Positions 1 through 12,490 are shown, numbered from the whole stretch's first letter. The stretch is 63,667 nucleotides of DNA, filler included, from Octopus bimaculoides (GCF_001194135.2; 7 parts of 7 records of this genome joined end to end with filler, not necessarily neighbours in it); one strand, 5' to 3'. Made by a program: numbers and translations. The notes: generated by a model not told the origin, from the sequence alone.

Positions 1-119
1 ATACAGTATTTAGCGGGGTGTTCTCAAAATGAAGTTACAGTATTCTCCTGCATTTTCAAATAACCAAAGTTTGCAGCTCAGCTTATTAGATATATAGTAA
101 TAAAAATTTTTTTTTAAAT

Positions 120-370
120 AAATGCGCCCTTTTAAAGCCTAGCCAGGCTCATGGGCCCGGTTTCCCGGTTTCTATGACGTATGTGTTCCCCAGCTGGATG
201 GGACGCCAGTCCATCGCAGCATTACTCATTTTTGCCAGCTGAGTGGACTGGAGCAACGTGAAATGAAGTGTTTTGCTCAAGAACACAACGCATCGCCCGG
301 TCCAGGAATTGAAACCACAATCTTACGATCATGATGCTGACAACCTAACCACTAAGCCACACGCCTCCAC
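120..370 (-). mobile_element. tRNA-derived SINE, head type C
   Basis: Minus strand reads GGAGGCGTGTGGCTTAGTGGTTAG (A-box-like), GGTTTCAATTCC (B-box-like), then TGTTCTTGAGCAAAACACTTCATTTCACGTTGCTCCAGTCCACTCAGCTGGC. The same head recurs at 6439, 14530, 33091(-), 39551 and 48711. Confidence 0.8.
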
Positions 371-435
371 TAGATATATAGCAATGATATACTAAAATTT
401 CAGTAATCCTGGTCAATTATAACTGTTGCTTTTCA

Positions 436-1860
436 AAACTGTTGAAAAGCTAAATCTCTCCTCAAATCATAACAGCCAAATCTCCCCTCAAATCACAGCA
501 AACTCTGCTTTAACCCTTTATCTGCAAACTTAAGTTTCACTTTTATTCCAGTACTGATGGTAAATATCTACCAAGAATAAATTTGGTATTTTCTGTGAAT
601 CACCTTACCTCAATAAACTTGACATATCTAAACAGAAAATAATTTCAAACACAACATTCCTCAACTGAAGATCGTTTGGTAGATAAAACTGTTTCCTAAG
701 ATGATGAAATTGCAACAGGATATATCTGATTTCTGCGGTAAAAGCATTTATTTACATTAAATAATATAGTCCTTAATAAATCTCTGAACGAGGTATAAAC
801 AGTAGCTGCACGACAACATGAAGTATATTTGCCACTTAAATACCGCTAACCACTAAGGGCGAATGCTACTGTAGCTTGTAGCCCAGGAGAACATCTCCTC
901 CAGCTGGCTTTTGACACACTTTCTCTGCCCTGTCGGTATTTATAATCCTTAATTTGTTAAAAATAGCAGCCAAATCTCCCTCAAATCAGAGATTACTGTC
1001 TTAACCCCTTCACAGTGAAATTGAATTTTATGGTTATTTCAGTAATGATTTTAAATACCTACCAAAAAAATAGAATTGGAATTTTTGTTCAAGTCACAAT
1101 ACCTCAATAAACTTGACAATATCTCCAACAAAAACATAATTCCAAATATGACATTCCCCAAGAAAAGATTGAAGAATTCAATAAAATATCTTTGTGATTT
1201 TACTAAGCTGGTTTTTGGAACTTAAATCAACATGAAATTTTTGTGGAAGGTTTTAGTGGTTTGTAGTGCGCCTAGGCACTGTGAAATTAAATTTAATCTT
1301 TATTCCAATAAGGATGCTAAATCATCATCATCGTTTAACGTCCGCTTTAAATATCTACCAAAAAATAGATTTGGTACTTTTTGTGAATCAACTTACTTCA
1401 GTAAACTTTTGACATATCTGAACAGAAAACAATTTCAATATGAACAGAAGACTGGAATATAAAACAATAGATTGGTATATAAAATTGCTCCCTGCAGTTA
1501 AGAGTAACAAAATTTTGACTGGGTATATATGGTTTTTCAATAAATGGGTTAATTACATTAAATAATGGAGTCCTTGATTTGTTAGAAATGGCAGCCAAAT
1601 CTCATCTTAACCTTTGAACTGCAAATTTAAATTTCATAGTATAGATGGTAAATGGTTACCAAAAAAAAGACTTGGTGTTTTCTGCAAACAACACTGCGTC
1701 AATAAACTTGACATTTCTCTACAGACAATTTCAATTTTGACATTCCTCAACAAAAAATAGATTGGTATATAAAATGGTTTTCTGCAGTTAGGGGTAATGA
1801 AAATTTTTTGAGGGGATATATTTAATTTCTATTGTTAAAAGGGTTGGAAAAAAAAAAACA
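436..1860 (+). repeat. Degenerate tandem array (3-4 copies) of a SINE fragment plus TTAA-CCCTT (piggyBac-like) MITE composite
   Basis: Recurrent blocks CAGCCAAATCTC(C)CTCAAATC...TTAACC(C)TT...TACCAA(A)AA...TTGG...TCAATAAACTTGACA at about 470, 960, 1350 (partial) and 1585. The last copy ends AAAAGGGTT at about 1848. Confidence 0.7.
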
Positions 1861-1914
1861 GGGAGGATACAGATAATGTTGCACTGTATCTAATACTCAT
1901 GCAGACACTCATCA

Positions 1915-2200
1915 TCATCATCATCATCATCATTGTTTTAAAGCCCCCTTTTCCATGCTTGCATGAGTGAGACATAATTCATTAAGGTAAATTTTCTACA
2001 GCCAGATGCTTTCCTTTTGCCATTTGCCAACCTTCACCTGTTTCCAAGCCAGGTAATATTTCCCCATGGCCAGATAGGTTTTTCATGGACATCTGGGAAC
2101 AAACAGCACTGCTTGTATGACAGTGAGACTCATTTACAATGTCAAAGCAAAACAGGCACAAGCACACATATATATACATTAATATCACTATTGATATGGT
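1915..2200 (-). mobile_element. SINE 3' module D with (CAT/ATG)n tail
   Basis: (CAT)n followed by TTTTCCATGCTTGCATG...CCAGATGC..TCCT. The same module is at 11520-11820 (-), and its tail is at 2420-2535 (+). Confidence 0.65.
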
Positions 2201-2589
2201 GAGGCAGTCTCATAAAAATACATGTCACGCTGGAACATATGTAGCAATGCATTAATAAAACTATAAAATCTCTATTCATTAATATATATATATATTGTTG
2301 TTGTTACTCCGTCACTTACAACGTTGAGGGTTCCAGTTGATCCGATCAATGGAACAGCCTGCTCATGAAATCATTTGGTTGGGAAGCAAGGTTCTTATTC
2401 GACCATGGAGAAATATGACCTTGCATGGGCATAAGTAAAGGTTCGGGACAAGAAGGACATCCAGCTGTAGAAAATCTGCTTCAATAAAATGCTTCTGACT
2501 CCCGCAAAATTTGAAAAGCAGACATTAAAAAGATACTGACATTATAATTTTATAGAATTAATTATGTTAATGAGAACACATAAATTTTC

Positions 2590-3930
2590 ATGTTATAACA
2601 TGGAATGCATTACCGTGGATATCTGTAAATTTTGGCAGTGATTTTTTTGTTTTAATAATTTCTGAAGCCTGGTGCAAATCAGCAAGTTGATATCATCACT
2701 AGTCAACATGTTCCAAATGATATCACAATATGATTTTAAAACATGGGCATTTTTTTTTTTTTAGTTGTATCAACAGTAATTGTTTTTGAGATGGAACATC
2801 ATCTCAAAGGTGTATATTTATAACATGGAGTGTGTGTTGAAGGATATCACCAATACAATTTTATAACATGTAGCATGTTTTTAAAGGTATATTTTTATAA
2901 CATGGAGCATGCTTTTATAGGTATATTTTTATAATGTGCTGTATTATAACTAATATATTTTTATAATATAGAATGTTATAGCCAATCTGTTCTTACTACA
3001 TGGTGTATGTTTTCTAGGATATATGTGTAATGCATGAAGTATTATAATCCCTGTGTTTTTAGGACATTTAGCAATATCACCAATACAGTTTTATAACATG
3101 GAGCATGTTCTCAAGGATATATTCTTATAATATGAAGTGTTATAAGCAATATATTTTTATAACATGGAGGGAATTCTCAAGTATATAGTTTTGTAACATG
3201 GATTGTTGTAACCAGTAGATTTTTATAACATGTAGCCTGTTCTCAAGGATATATTTTTTAACATGGAATGGTGTAACCCATATAATTCGTATGGATATAT
3301 GTTATAACATGGAGTGTATTCTCAAGGATATAGTTGTATGACATGAAGTGTTATAACCTGTCTATTTTTATAACATGAAGCATATTTTCAAAGATATTTC
3401 ATAACATGGAATTTTACAATCAATCTGTCTTGGCAACATGAAGTATGTTGTCAAGGATCTCACCAGTATCAGTTTTATAATGTAGCATTTTTTTCAAGGA
3501 TACATTTATATGCCATTCAGGTTATTTTTATAACATGGAGCATATTTCCAAAGATGTATTTCTTTAAAATGAAAGGATTTTTTCAAAGATAGATATGTAA
3601 AACATGAAGCCTTTTCAATAAATTATTTTTATGACAGAGCATTTTTTGTTTACATACTTATTTTAAACATGAATTATTGCAATCCCTGTACCTTTGTAAC
3701 AAGGGGTATCTCCTCAAATATACCTACTTAATTTTATATCAGAGACTGTGTTCTCACAGAAATTTCCATGTTTTCTAACATGGAGTACATTCCCACAATT
3801 ATTACTGACATATTTTTCTAACAAGGGATGTATTTGTAAAGATACCACCAGCATAATTTTCATAACATGGAGGTTTTTCAAGGATATTTTTTAATAAGAT
3901 GGTGTGTTGTAACCAAATTGTTTTTTCATA
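2590..3930. repeat. Old minisatellite of alternating ~34-bp and ~32-bp monomers (66-bp dimer)
   Basis: Anchor TTTT(A/G)TAACATG recurs dozens of times. In 3090-3270 the anchor-to-anchor distances alternate 34/32: the A unit continues GAGCATGTTCTCAAGGATATA, the B unit continues AAGTGTTATAA(C/G)CAATATA. Confidence 0.8.
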
Positions 3931-4084
3931 ATCAAATGTTTTTATATTTTTGGTTTTAAATTATGTAATTTCATTAAATTACTTTGATTTTATATATCAT
4001 TTTAAAGCCCGTTTTTTGCTCTAATTGTGTTACTCTTTTTCTTTTTGAATAATTAGGCATTTTTTCCGGAATGTTGAATACAAC

Positions 4085-5174
4085 ATGGACAAAAAGCAAA
4101 TTTGCACAATTTTCTTATTCCAGTTCAAGCTAGGCCAAAAAGCTGCTGAAACAGCTCTCGATATCAACAATGCATTTGGCCCAGGAACCACTAATGAATG
4201 TACAGCACAATGGTGGTTCAAGAAATTTCGTAGTGGTGACGTGAGTCTTGAAGATGATAAGCGTAGTGGTCGACCATCGGATGTTGACAATGATCAACTA
4301 AGAGCCTTAGTCGAAGCCAATCCACGCACAACCATTCGAGAGCTTGCTTCTGAATTAGATGTAATGTATACGACAATTTCCAACCACTTGAAAGAGATTG
4401 GAAAAGCAAAAAATACTTGAGAAATAGGTGTTGCATGAATTGAATGACAACCAAAAAATGCCATTTTGAAGTGTCGTCTTCCCTTCTTTTCTGCAACAAG
4501 AACGACCTGTTTCTCGACCGGATTGTGACTTGCGATGAAAAGTGGATTCCTTACGACAACCGGCGATGCTCAGCTCAGTGGTTGGACGCTGACAAAGCTC
4601 CACGGCACTTCCTGAAGCAAACATTGCACCAAAAGAAGGTCATGGTGACTGTTTGGTGATCTGCGGCCAGTCTCATCCATCACAGCTTTTTGGATCCAGG
4701 CGAAACCATTACAGCGGAAAAGTACTGTCAGTAAATGGATGAAATGCATAAGAAACTCCAACAACAACAACCAATATTGGTCAATAGAAAAGGACCAATT
4801 CTTTTCCATGACAATGCTCGGCCACACATTGCACAACTGACCCTGCAGAAGTTGAACGAATTGGGCTACAAAATTCTGCCTCATCCGCCATACTCCCCAG
4901 ACCTCTTGCCTACCGACTACTACTTTTACAAGCATCACGACAACTTGCTCCATTAGAAATGCTTCAAAAACCAAGACGATGCCATACACGTCTTCAACGA
5001 CTTCATCGCCACCAGAACGCAGGATTTTTATGCTACTGGCATAAATAAACTTGCTCCGTGTTGGCAAAAGTGTGTTGATTCTGATGGTGTTTATTTCGAT
5101 TAATAAAGTTTTGTTTGAGCTGAGACGTGTGCATCTGAATTTAAAGGTTAAAAACTGCAAGAACTTTCTTGACA
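4085..5174 (+). mobile_element. Degenerate mariner (DD34D, Hsmar1-like) transposon; transposase pseudogene 4085-5103
   Basis: MDKKQICTIFLFQFKLG...WWFKKFRSGD...SGRP helix-turn-helix region, then VTCDEKW, FHDNARPH, HPPYSPDLLPTDY and WQKCVDSDGVYFD*. Several stops and frameshifts. A 3' TIR-like end runs into the gap at 5174; no 5' TIR was recognised. Confidence 0.95.
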
Positions 5175-5320
5175 NNNNNNNNNNNNNNNNNNNNNNNNNN
5201 NNNNNNNNNNNNNNNNNNNNNNNNNNNNNNNNNNNNNNNNNNNNNNNNNNNNNNNNNNNNNNNNNNNNNNNNNNNNNNNNNNNNNNNNNNNNNNNNNNNN
5301 NNNNNNNNNNNNNNNNNNNN

Positions 5321-5351
<31 letters not shown>

Positions 5352-5419
5352 ATAGGAATACAAAATACAAAATGGCTGATAGTTAGCAAGGTGAGACACA
5401 TAAGAAAGAAGAAAGCAAA

Positions 5420-5464
5420 GGACCACTGATGAGGTCACAGAAGTGTGACGAAAGAACTCTGGCC
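5420..5464 (+). ncRNA. Minimal type I hammerhead ribozyme motif (family 1) within a ~230-bp element flanked by (TA)n
   Basis: GG(A)CCA-CUGAUGA-G-[GUCACA gaag UGUGAC]-GAAA-G aa C-UC^UGGCC. Six-bp stem II, two-bp stem III, CUC cleavage triplet after 5459, stem I CCA/UGG plus GG/CC. Confidence 0.75.
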
Positions 5465-5722
5465 GAAATAGGATTAATGTAATATAATGTAATATAAAGC
5501 TTAAGCAAATTAACACCAAATATACAGTGCGTGTGTTTTTATTGGCTAAACTGGCAATATAACCATCCCCAAGTACAACATATATATATATATATATATA
5601 TAGTGATTTATGTATATATTAATAGTATCTCGGTTGAAAGAACTTCAATTATGAAAATATGTTAATAGTTACCAGGGTAGCAAAAATCACTTGATTATAT
5701 GCGTTTTGTTCCATTTATTTTT

Positions 5723-5773
<51 letters not shown>

Positions 5774-6199
5774 CATTTTTTTTCTCTCACGCTCCATTTT
5801 ATTTCCTCTTCTCCTTTTCTGCCAAACAGCTTTGGTGTATAACATTAAAAACTACCATTTTTCTCAGGTGTCAACCTAATACACCTATCCTGTTGTTCGC
5901 TCACCTGTCTCTCTGTCTTTTGTTTTCTGTACAATAGAACCATAAATTTATATATATATATATATATATTTAGCTATCTGTTTTGTTGTCCTGATAATCA
6001 TGTACTAGTTGTAAACTATTCTTTCTGAAGGATTGAAAAAAAGCTCATAATTTTATTCCCTATTCTTGAGAATATTAGATTTCTTTTCTTATAAATTTCT
6101 ATTAGTTGAATAATCATAATAGTATTTCTTTTATTGTGTGGAGTGAATGTTGGGAAGAGTAAATTGTTTGTTCACACACACACAAATTCATGCCTATAT

Positions 6200-6432
6200 G
6201 AAGGTGATGAGCTGGCAGAACTGTTAGCCCGCTGAGCGAAATGCTTAGCGGTATTTCATCTGCTGTTACGTTCTGAGTTCAAATTCCACCGAGGTCAACT
6301 TTGCCTTTCATCCTTTCGGGGTCGATAAATTAAGTACCAGTTATGCACTGGGGTCGATGTAATCGACTTAATCCCTTAGTCTGTCCTTGTTTGTGCCCTC
6401 TATGTTTAGCCCCTTGTGGGCAATAAAGAAAT
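6200..6432 (+). mobile_element. tRNA-derived SINE family A
   Basis: GAGCTGGCAGAACTGTTAG...GAGTTCAAATTCCACCGAGGTCAACTTTGCCTTTCATCCTTTCGGGGTCGATAAA...GGGGTCGATGTAATCGACTT. More than 10 related copies in the window. Confidence 0.85.
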
Positions 6433-6438
6433 ATATAT

Positions 6439-6736
6439 GAAGGTGCATGGCTCAGTGGTTAAGGTATTGCACTCACGATTGCGAGATCATGGGTTCGATT
6501 CCCGGGCCGGGCGTTGCGTTGTGTTCTTGAGCAAAACACTTCATTTCACGTTGCTCTGCGACCATTTTGTCATCTGACATGTGGCACCCCGTTGTACCTG
6601 TACAGGTAATGTTCATTTGATGGAAGGGGTGAGCTTGTGTGCACAAGCACTTGATCACTATAAACAAATCATTTGTGTGGTTGTTTGGTAAGAAATTGTC
6701 AAACCCTCATACGCCGTCTAATGACGGGAGAGTCTG

Positions 6737-6738
<2 letters not shown>
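6439..6738 (+). mobile_element. SINE with head C and a different body
   Basis: GGCTCAGTGGTTAAGG...GGGTTCGATTCCCGG...TGTTCTTGAGCAAAACACTTCATTTCACGTTGCTC, then diverges from the copy at 120-370. Confidence 0.75.
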
Positions 6739-6774
<36 letters not shown>

Positions 6775-7328
6775 TCTTTTANNNNNNNNNNNNNNNNNNN
6801 NNNNNNNNNNNNNNNNNNNNNNNNNNNNNNNNNNNNNNNNNNNNNNNNNNNNNNNNNNNNNNNNNNNNNNNNNNNNNNNNNNNNNNNNNNNNNNNNNNNN
6901 NNNNNNNNNNNNNNNNNNNNNNNNNNNNNNNNNNNNNNNNNNNNNNNNNNNNNNNNNNNNNNNNNNNNNNNNNNNNNNNNNNNNNNNNNNNNNNNNNNNN
7001 NNNNNNNNNNNNNNNNNNNNNNNNNNNNNNNNNNNNNNNNNNNNNNNNNNNNNNNNNNNNNNNNNNNNNNNNNNNNNNNNNNNNNNNNNNNNNNNNNNNN
7101 NNNNNNNNNNNNNNNNNNNNNNNNNNNNNNNNNNNNNNNNNNNNNNNNNNNNNNNNNNNNNNNNNNNNNNNNNNNNNNNNNNNNNNNNNNNNNNNNNNNN
7201 NNNNNNNNNNNNNNNNNNNNNNNNNNNNNNNNNNNNNNNNNNNNNNNNNNNNNNNNNNNNNNNNNNNNNNNNNNNNNNNNNNNNNNNNNNNNNNNNNNNN
7301 NNNNNNNNNGACAAACACAGATACACAA

Positions 7329-7369
<41 letters not shown>

Positions 7370-7533
7370 CGACGGGCTTCTTTCAGTTTCCGTCTACCAA
7401 ATCCACTCACAAGGCTTTGGTCGGCCCGAGGCTATAGTAGAAGACACTTACCGAAGGTGCCACGCAGTGGGACTGAACCCGGAACCATGTGGCTGGTAAG
7501 CAAGCTACTTACCACACAGCCACTCCTATGCCT
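7370..7533 (-). mobile_element. SINE head B (tRNA-derived with CORE-like block) abutting (TA)n/(CA)n
   Basis: Minus strand AGGCATAGGAGTGGCTGTGTGGTAAG...GGTTCAGTCCC...CACCTTCGGTAAGTGTCTTC...GGAAACTGAAAGAAGCCCGTCG, then microsatellite. Confidence 0.85.
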
Positions 7534-7539
7534 TTCGTA

Positions 7540-8652
7540 CATCCACCCTGTTTCGTCTCATATGCTCGAGCCCTAATTCTCCACAAATTTTGCGGGTGCT
7601 GCCAATATACGAAGTTCTCAGTCTCATCGTTAAAGGCACGAAACCAAGTATTAGTATTTTTGGTCAATAACTGATGAAAAATTAGGGTCATTTTCTTTCT
7701 GACCACACTGAACCTAGAATTCATCAATTTCATTAAGACATTAACGCCTTCCTCCTCCACTTTACCAAAATCCTAACACTTAACCTCTCACCCCGAACCA
7801 ACTGTTATGAAGAATATTACTGGCATCTTATCCTTATTTTTTACCTTTTGATTTTAATTTACTTTCGCTTTCATTCGTTCTTTCCCCCTACTTATCCCAT
7901 TCCTTTCTTTTCTCTCTTTTATTCACTCACTCAAAACCTTTATCTGTCTGTCATGATGTCTGTCTTTCCCACTCTGTACACCCACGTGGGCCATTTTCAT
8001 ACTAGCTAACCTGTAGTGTTATGATTTTATCAAGTGGCCAGCATGGGAATAAAAACCATGAAAGGTAATAATTATTATAATTTAGGGTATCTAAGAGACA
8101 CCACCACACTGGAAATAGCAGTTAAAGCTTGACTCTAAAACCACATTCAATGTCCACGCGTCATCCTTTTAAACTTTATTTTTCTGACGCGACTCTGTCT
8201 ACCTTTGTATCTTTCTCCCCCTCTCGTTCTTCCATCTGTTGTTCTCTGCCTCTCTCCTTCTCTACTATATCTCTCTCTTCCTCCCTGTCTCTCTTTGCTC
8301 ACCTATGTTCTACTTCATCCCCTTTTTTCTCTCTCTACCACTCTTTCTCCTTACCTCTTGCTGGTCACATGTGTCCGGCTACTACTTCCTTTCTTATCTT
8401 GGCCATCGCCAAGCTCACACAAACATTCTTCGTCTTCCTTCCAGTTCGTTGCTTTACAACATTCAATATACACATATTTTTTTCACGTCTGGCCATTTGG
8501 CCATTCTTGTTTATTTTCACTGTTTCATTTTCCTGTCCTGTTTTCTGTCCGCCACTACATTCCTCCACGTAACAAACCTAATTTAAATTTAATTTGTGGT
8601 CCGTGGGAAGAGCCATTCTAACAATGCGTCCTGCCCTAACTCTTCGAAACGC
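7540..8652. mobile_element. Unassigned interspersed repeat, possibly a non-LTR/Penelope-type terminal region
   Basis: More GC-rich than its flanks, contains a long pyrimidine tract and ends CTCTTCGAAACGC at a gap. No protein motif could be confirmed. Confidence 0.25.
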
Positions 8653-8696
8653 NNNNNNNNNNNNNNNNNNNNNNNNNNNNNNNNNNNNNNNNNNNN

Positions 8697-8708
8697 TTAA
8701 TTAATTAA
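8697..8708. other. Assembly linker TTAATTAATTAA between N runs (artefact)
   Basis: The identical 12-mer, with stops in all six frames, sits between N blocks at 8697, 16479, 40714, 43384, 59152 and 61264. Confidence 0.9.
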
Positions 8709-8925
8709 NNNNNNNNNNNNNNNNNNNNNNNNNNNNNNNNNNNNNNNNNNNNATACATATATATACATGCATTATATCAATGTTTATGTTTATTTTTTAA
8801 TGAAATGTTTTCTTTGTATGTTTATATTTGTTTATAGATATATGTGTTTATATATATGTATACAATGGGTATATATGCTTGTGTGTGTAGACGTGTGCAT
8901 ACACATACATTTATAACTATATATA

Positions 8926-8958
<33 letters not shown>

Positions 8959-11519
8959 GTATAAGCTCATATATGTACAACTAAATGTAGAAATAGTCTA
9001 AACATACAAATCTTTGTATGATACATAATTGTCTGTCTGTGCATATTGAGCCATATTCATACTGCCTCTATTTGTTGTTTATGCATGTATATGTTTGTTT
9101 ATTTATTTGCTTAACATTTTTTAAATATTAATTAAGCATTTAATACACCTTTATTTTTTTGTTTATCTTGAGTAAAAAAAATAGTGTTTAAATTCTATGA
9201 AAAAAAAAAGCAAAAGCAAAAAATATAAATATAACAAAACAAAAACATAATGAGAAAGACTTTTTAGTATTTTTTAGAGTGTGTATGTCTATTATGCAAT
9301 TATCTATTTTATGTATATTCATATAGAAATACTTTTGTGATGTCATGCCATAATTTATTGTATAATTTGATATCATTTAATTGTTGAGTTACTGGATTAT
9401 TTTGCTTTCGTGTATGTAAATTATATTAATTTCTGAAGGTTGCATCCCATCCACATTTGACATTATAAACCAAACTTAATAGTCATTTTTTTGTAAATTT
9501 CATTTTTCTTTTCCCCCATTTTTTTTTGTTATCATATTTTAAAATTTTATTGTGTTACCCTGCCTTATTTTTTTCTCACACACATGAAATTAACACTACA
9601 AAATTGCACATAATTTTTTCACTTCCCAATTGAGTACTAACAAATTTTCTGTCTTCAACAGAAGATTACAATGTTTTCATCTTTATAGTTTGTGTTATAG
9701 TTAAAAATTGTGTTGCATAAGCAAGATTTCTCCAAAAATATGCTATGAGCTTCCTTTTTGGGATTTAATCAATTTTTATCTTTTATGTTCTTTCTTCTTT
9801 GTATCCAATATTTAAAATTAGTATCATTGACTTTTCTCTATTCTGAATTTGTTTTGATTTATATTATTTTTTAAACTTTTTTTTTTTTTACATACTTTTA
9901 TTTTCATTTTTATTTTTCTGTCATCATTGTTTATTTGTAGTAGGAAGAATAAGCATTGTTATTGCAAGTAATACCATTCTCCTCTAATTTATTCTTCATT
10001 GTTGTTGATTCATTGTTTTTCTCTTCTCTTTACTGATGAGATGCTTGTGGTTTTCAGGTGTTTCTTTTTAAGATGGAACTATGCTTTTACATAAGAAAAA
10101 AAAAAAAACCCTATGAAAGAGTCTGTAACTGGCTTCTTTAATTTTTAGATGTAGAGGCAATTGTGTACCTTTTTTTAACTATTAATCATACAGTTATCAA
10201 TGTGCTTTGATGTAAACATTAGCTGTAAGACATACTTAGTACTAAGTCAAAATTAATATTCATTTGCTTTTATAATTGTATTTTAGTGGTAGTAGTAGTA
10301 ATAGTAGTAGCAGTAGTCCTGTTTTTATGAATGTTAAAAATAAGCGAATCTATTTATTTGAATTGTAATTTTAAAAGAAGTTCTGAAAGTTATATTTTTG
10401 TGATTATACAAAGATTATGAAACTTGTTTTTTTAAATTCTTGTTATCTCTACTAAAATTCAGATTTTAGTTAAAATATCTGATGAGGTAATATCTTTATA
10501 CTTGTGACATATCTTATGATTTGAGGTATCTGTCGGAAATAGCCTGTCTGTGATCTTACTTTGTAGGGTGGCAGTTTGCAAAATAAAATGGCAATCCTGG
10601 GAATATTTTTTGAGGCACATAATATCACATAACATCACATAACATCGAGGTTTGGGTTGTTTTTTAAGCAACATTTATTTCCTGAGATGAAGTCATCTTG
10701 CGTTGAAGATAATTTCTTGCCGTTTTCTCACTATAGACTATTTTCTGAGATACTCAAAGATAGTTTTAAATAGTTGCCCGTGTTTATATAATTAGAAATA
10801 TGTTCTTGCTGTATTAACTCACAATGGTCTGATTCAGTGTATCACTCTTTGAAGAGAAAACAGATAACGTGTTAGAGAGTACTTATCTGGATCTCACCAC
10901 ACCTTCATTAAAAATATAGATTTAAGTGAGAAATGTATTCACCATCTGCTTCTTAATTATAAAAGTCAAATATGATGCTCCGCTTCACCCCCTTCCCCTC
11001 TTTCTCTCTGTCTCAGCTTTACTGTAAAGATTGTCGTGATTAAATTCATGTTCTCTTCAAATGAAATAACTAAAATTTTGCATTTTCAAATTTAATTTAA
11101 GAAATACTTTAACATGTCTATGATCTTTTTTTTTTATTAATTCCAGGATAAATTAATTTAGATATTATTTTAGGTAGGTAATTTATGCTATGAATTTCAA
11201 ACAGCTAATTCTCTGTGTGCTAGATTCTATATCAGTTTTTAGCTTTCTAATGATAGTAAATCTTTATAAAATCATTTTTTTTGCTTTAATTTTCTTTATT
11301 ATTCACAGTACAGGTATATGAAAATATACACACAGCTTAAAAACAAATTCTTTTATTAAGTATAATCTATGGGGAAATAATTATTTAATGAATATATTTT
11401 CTTTGGGAAGATTATAAAATGAAAGAATCTAATTTTGTGAACTGTTCTGCTTCAAACTTTCAAATGTGTTTTGAGTAAAAGGAAGCAATGAGAATGCTAG
11501 CTCTATTGTATATTAGTTA

Positions 11520-11828
11520 CATTCATCATTGTCATCATAATGTCCACTTTTCCATGCTTGCATGGGTCAGAGAAATTACATTGAGGCAGATATTCTATGA
11601 CCAGATGCTCTTCCTGTTGCCAACCTTCTCCTATTTGTTAGTAATGTAATACTCTCCCTTCTCCTCTACCTCTGTCTTCAGGCCCTCAGACTTGAACGGC
11701 ACAATGGCTAGACATGCTTTCATGGAAGATTGCAAACAATCTCCACAGCTTGTGTGAAAGTGATGTTCGTTTAGAATTAGTGCACGGTGTTGATATGAAG
11801 AGATATGAACATCCATGTGCACACACAC

Positions 11829-11894
<66 letters not shown>

Positions 11895-12015
11895 TGCTCC
11901 TCTTAGTTTCTGTCTACCAAATTCACTCACAATGCTATGATTGGCCAGGAGCTGTGGTAGAAGATACTTGCCCAAGATGCTGCATTGTTTTTACTGAACC
12001 TGAAATCACATAGCC
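11520..12015 (-). mobile_element. Composite SINE: head B + internal (TG)n + module D tail
   Basis: Degenerate head B at 11895-12015, (CA)n at 11820-11892 and module D at 11520-11820, all in the same orientation. Confidence 0.7.
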
Positions 12016-12204
12016 ATATGTTATATAATCTCAGATGGATGTAGACATTAATAGTTTGAAGAACTATTTAGAATTATGCTGGCCAACTAATTAATTTAAT
12101 AAGGAGTTTGAATTTTAAATCAATTAACTTTTGAAAGCAGTGTTCCAGCATGACTACAATAACAAAACAGAAGCCAATAAAAGAAAAGAATAATGGGTAG
12201 ATTC

Positions 12205-12490
12205 GTGGCTATGTTGTTAAGAAGTTAATTTTGCTATCTTCTGGTTCTAGTTTCGATTCCTATGCATGGCACCTTTGGAATGTACTTTCTGTCATAGTTT
12301 CATTTCAACCAAAACCTTGTGTGTAAAATTTAGTGGACAAGTAGGTGACAAAATCAATAGGGCATCAGCCAAAATACCTTGTGTTATTTGGTGACAACCT
12401 TTTAGGTTCTGAGTTCAAATCTGACCCAAGTCAACTTTGCCTTTTCTCCCTTATGTGGTCAATAAAATAAATATTAACCAAAGTGTTAGG
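12205..12490 (+). mobile_element. Adjacent degenerate SINE head B (12205-12350) and family A fragment (12355-12490)
   Basis: GTTTCGATTCC...GGCACCTTTGG...AAAACCTTGTG; GTTCTGAGTTCAAAT...GTCAACTTTGCCTTT. Confidence 0.55.

Noticed and set aside
2590-3930. CRISPR-like look (constant motif with variable spacers)
   Set aside because: Eukaryotic context; the spacers are homologous to each other in two alternating classes, and the anchor is short and degenerate.
5819-5846. Possible decayed hammerhead CTGCCAAACAGCTTTGGTGTATAACATT
   Set aside because: Both core strands are altered; the resemblance is too weak to call.
4570-7499. Long ORFs containing X runs (also 15427-16036, 23119-23779, 41478-42639, 57724-58204, 60228-60853, 62323-63000)
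   Set aside because: They are open only because N gaps and TA/CA repeats lack stop codons.
8600-8652. GAAGAG...CTCTTC-GAAACGC hammerhead-like half
   Set aside because: No CUGANGA upstream of the stem, and the 3' side is lost in a gap.
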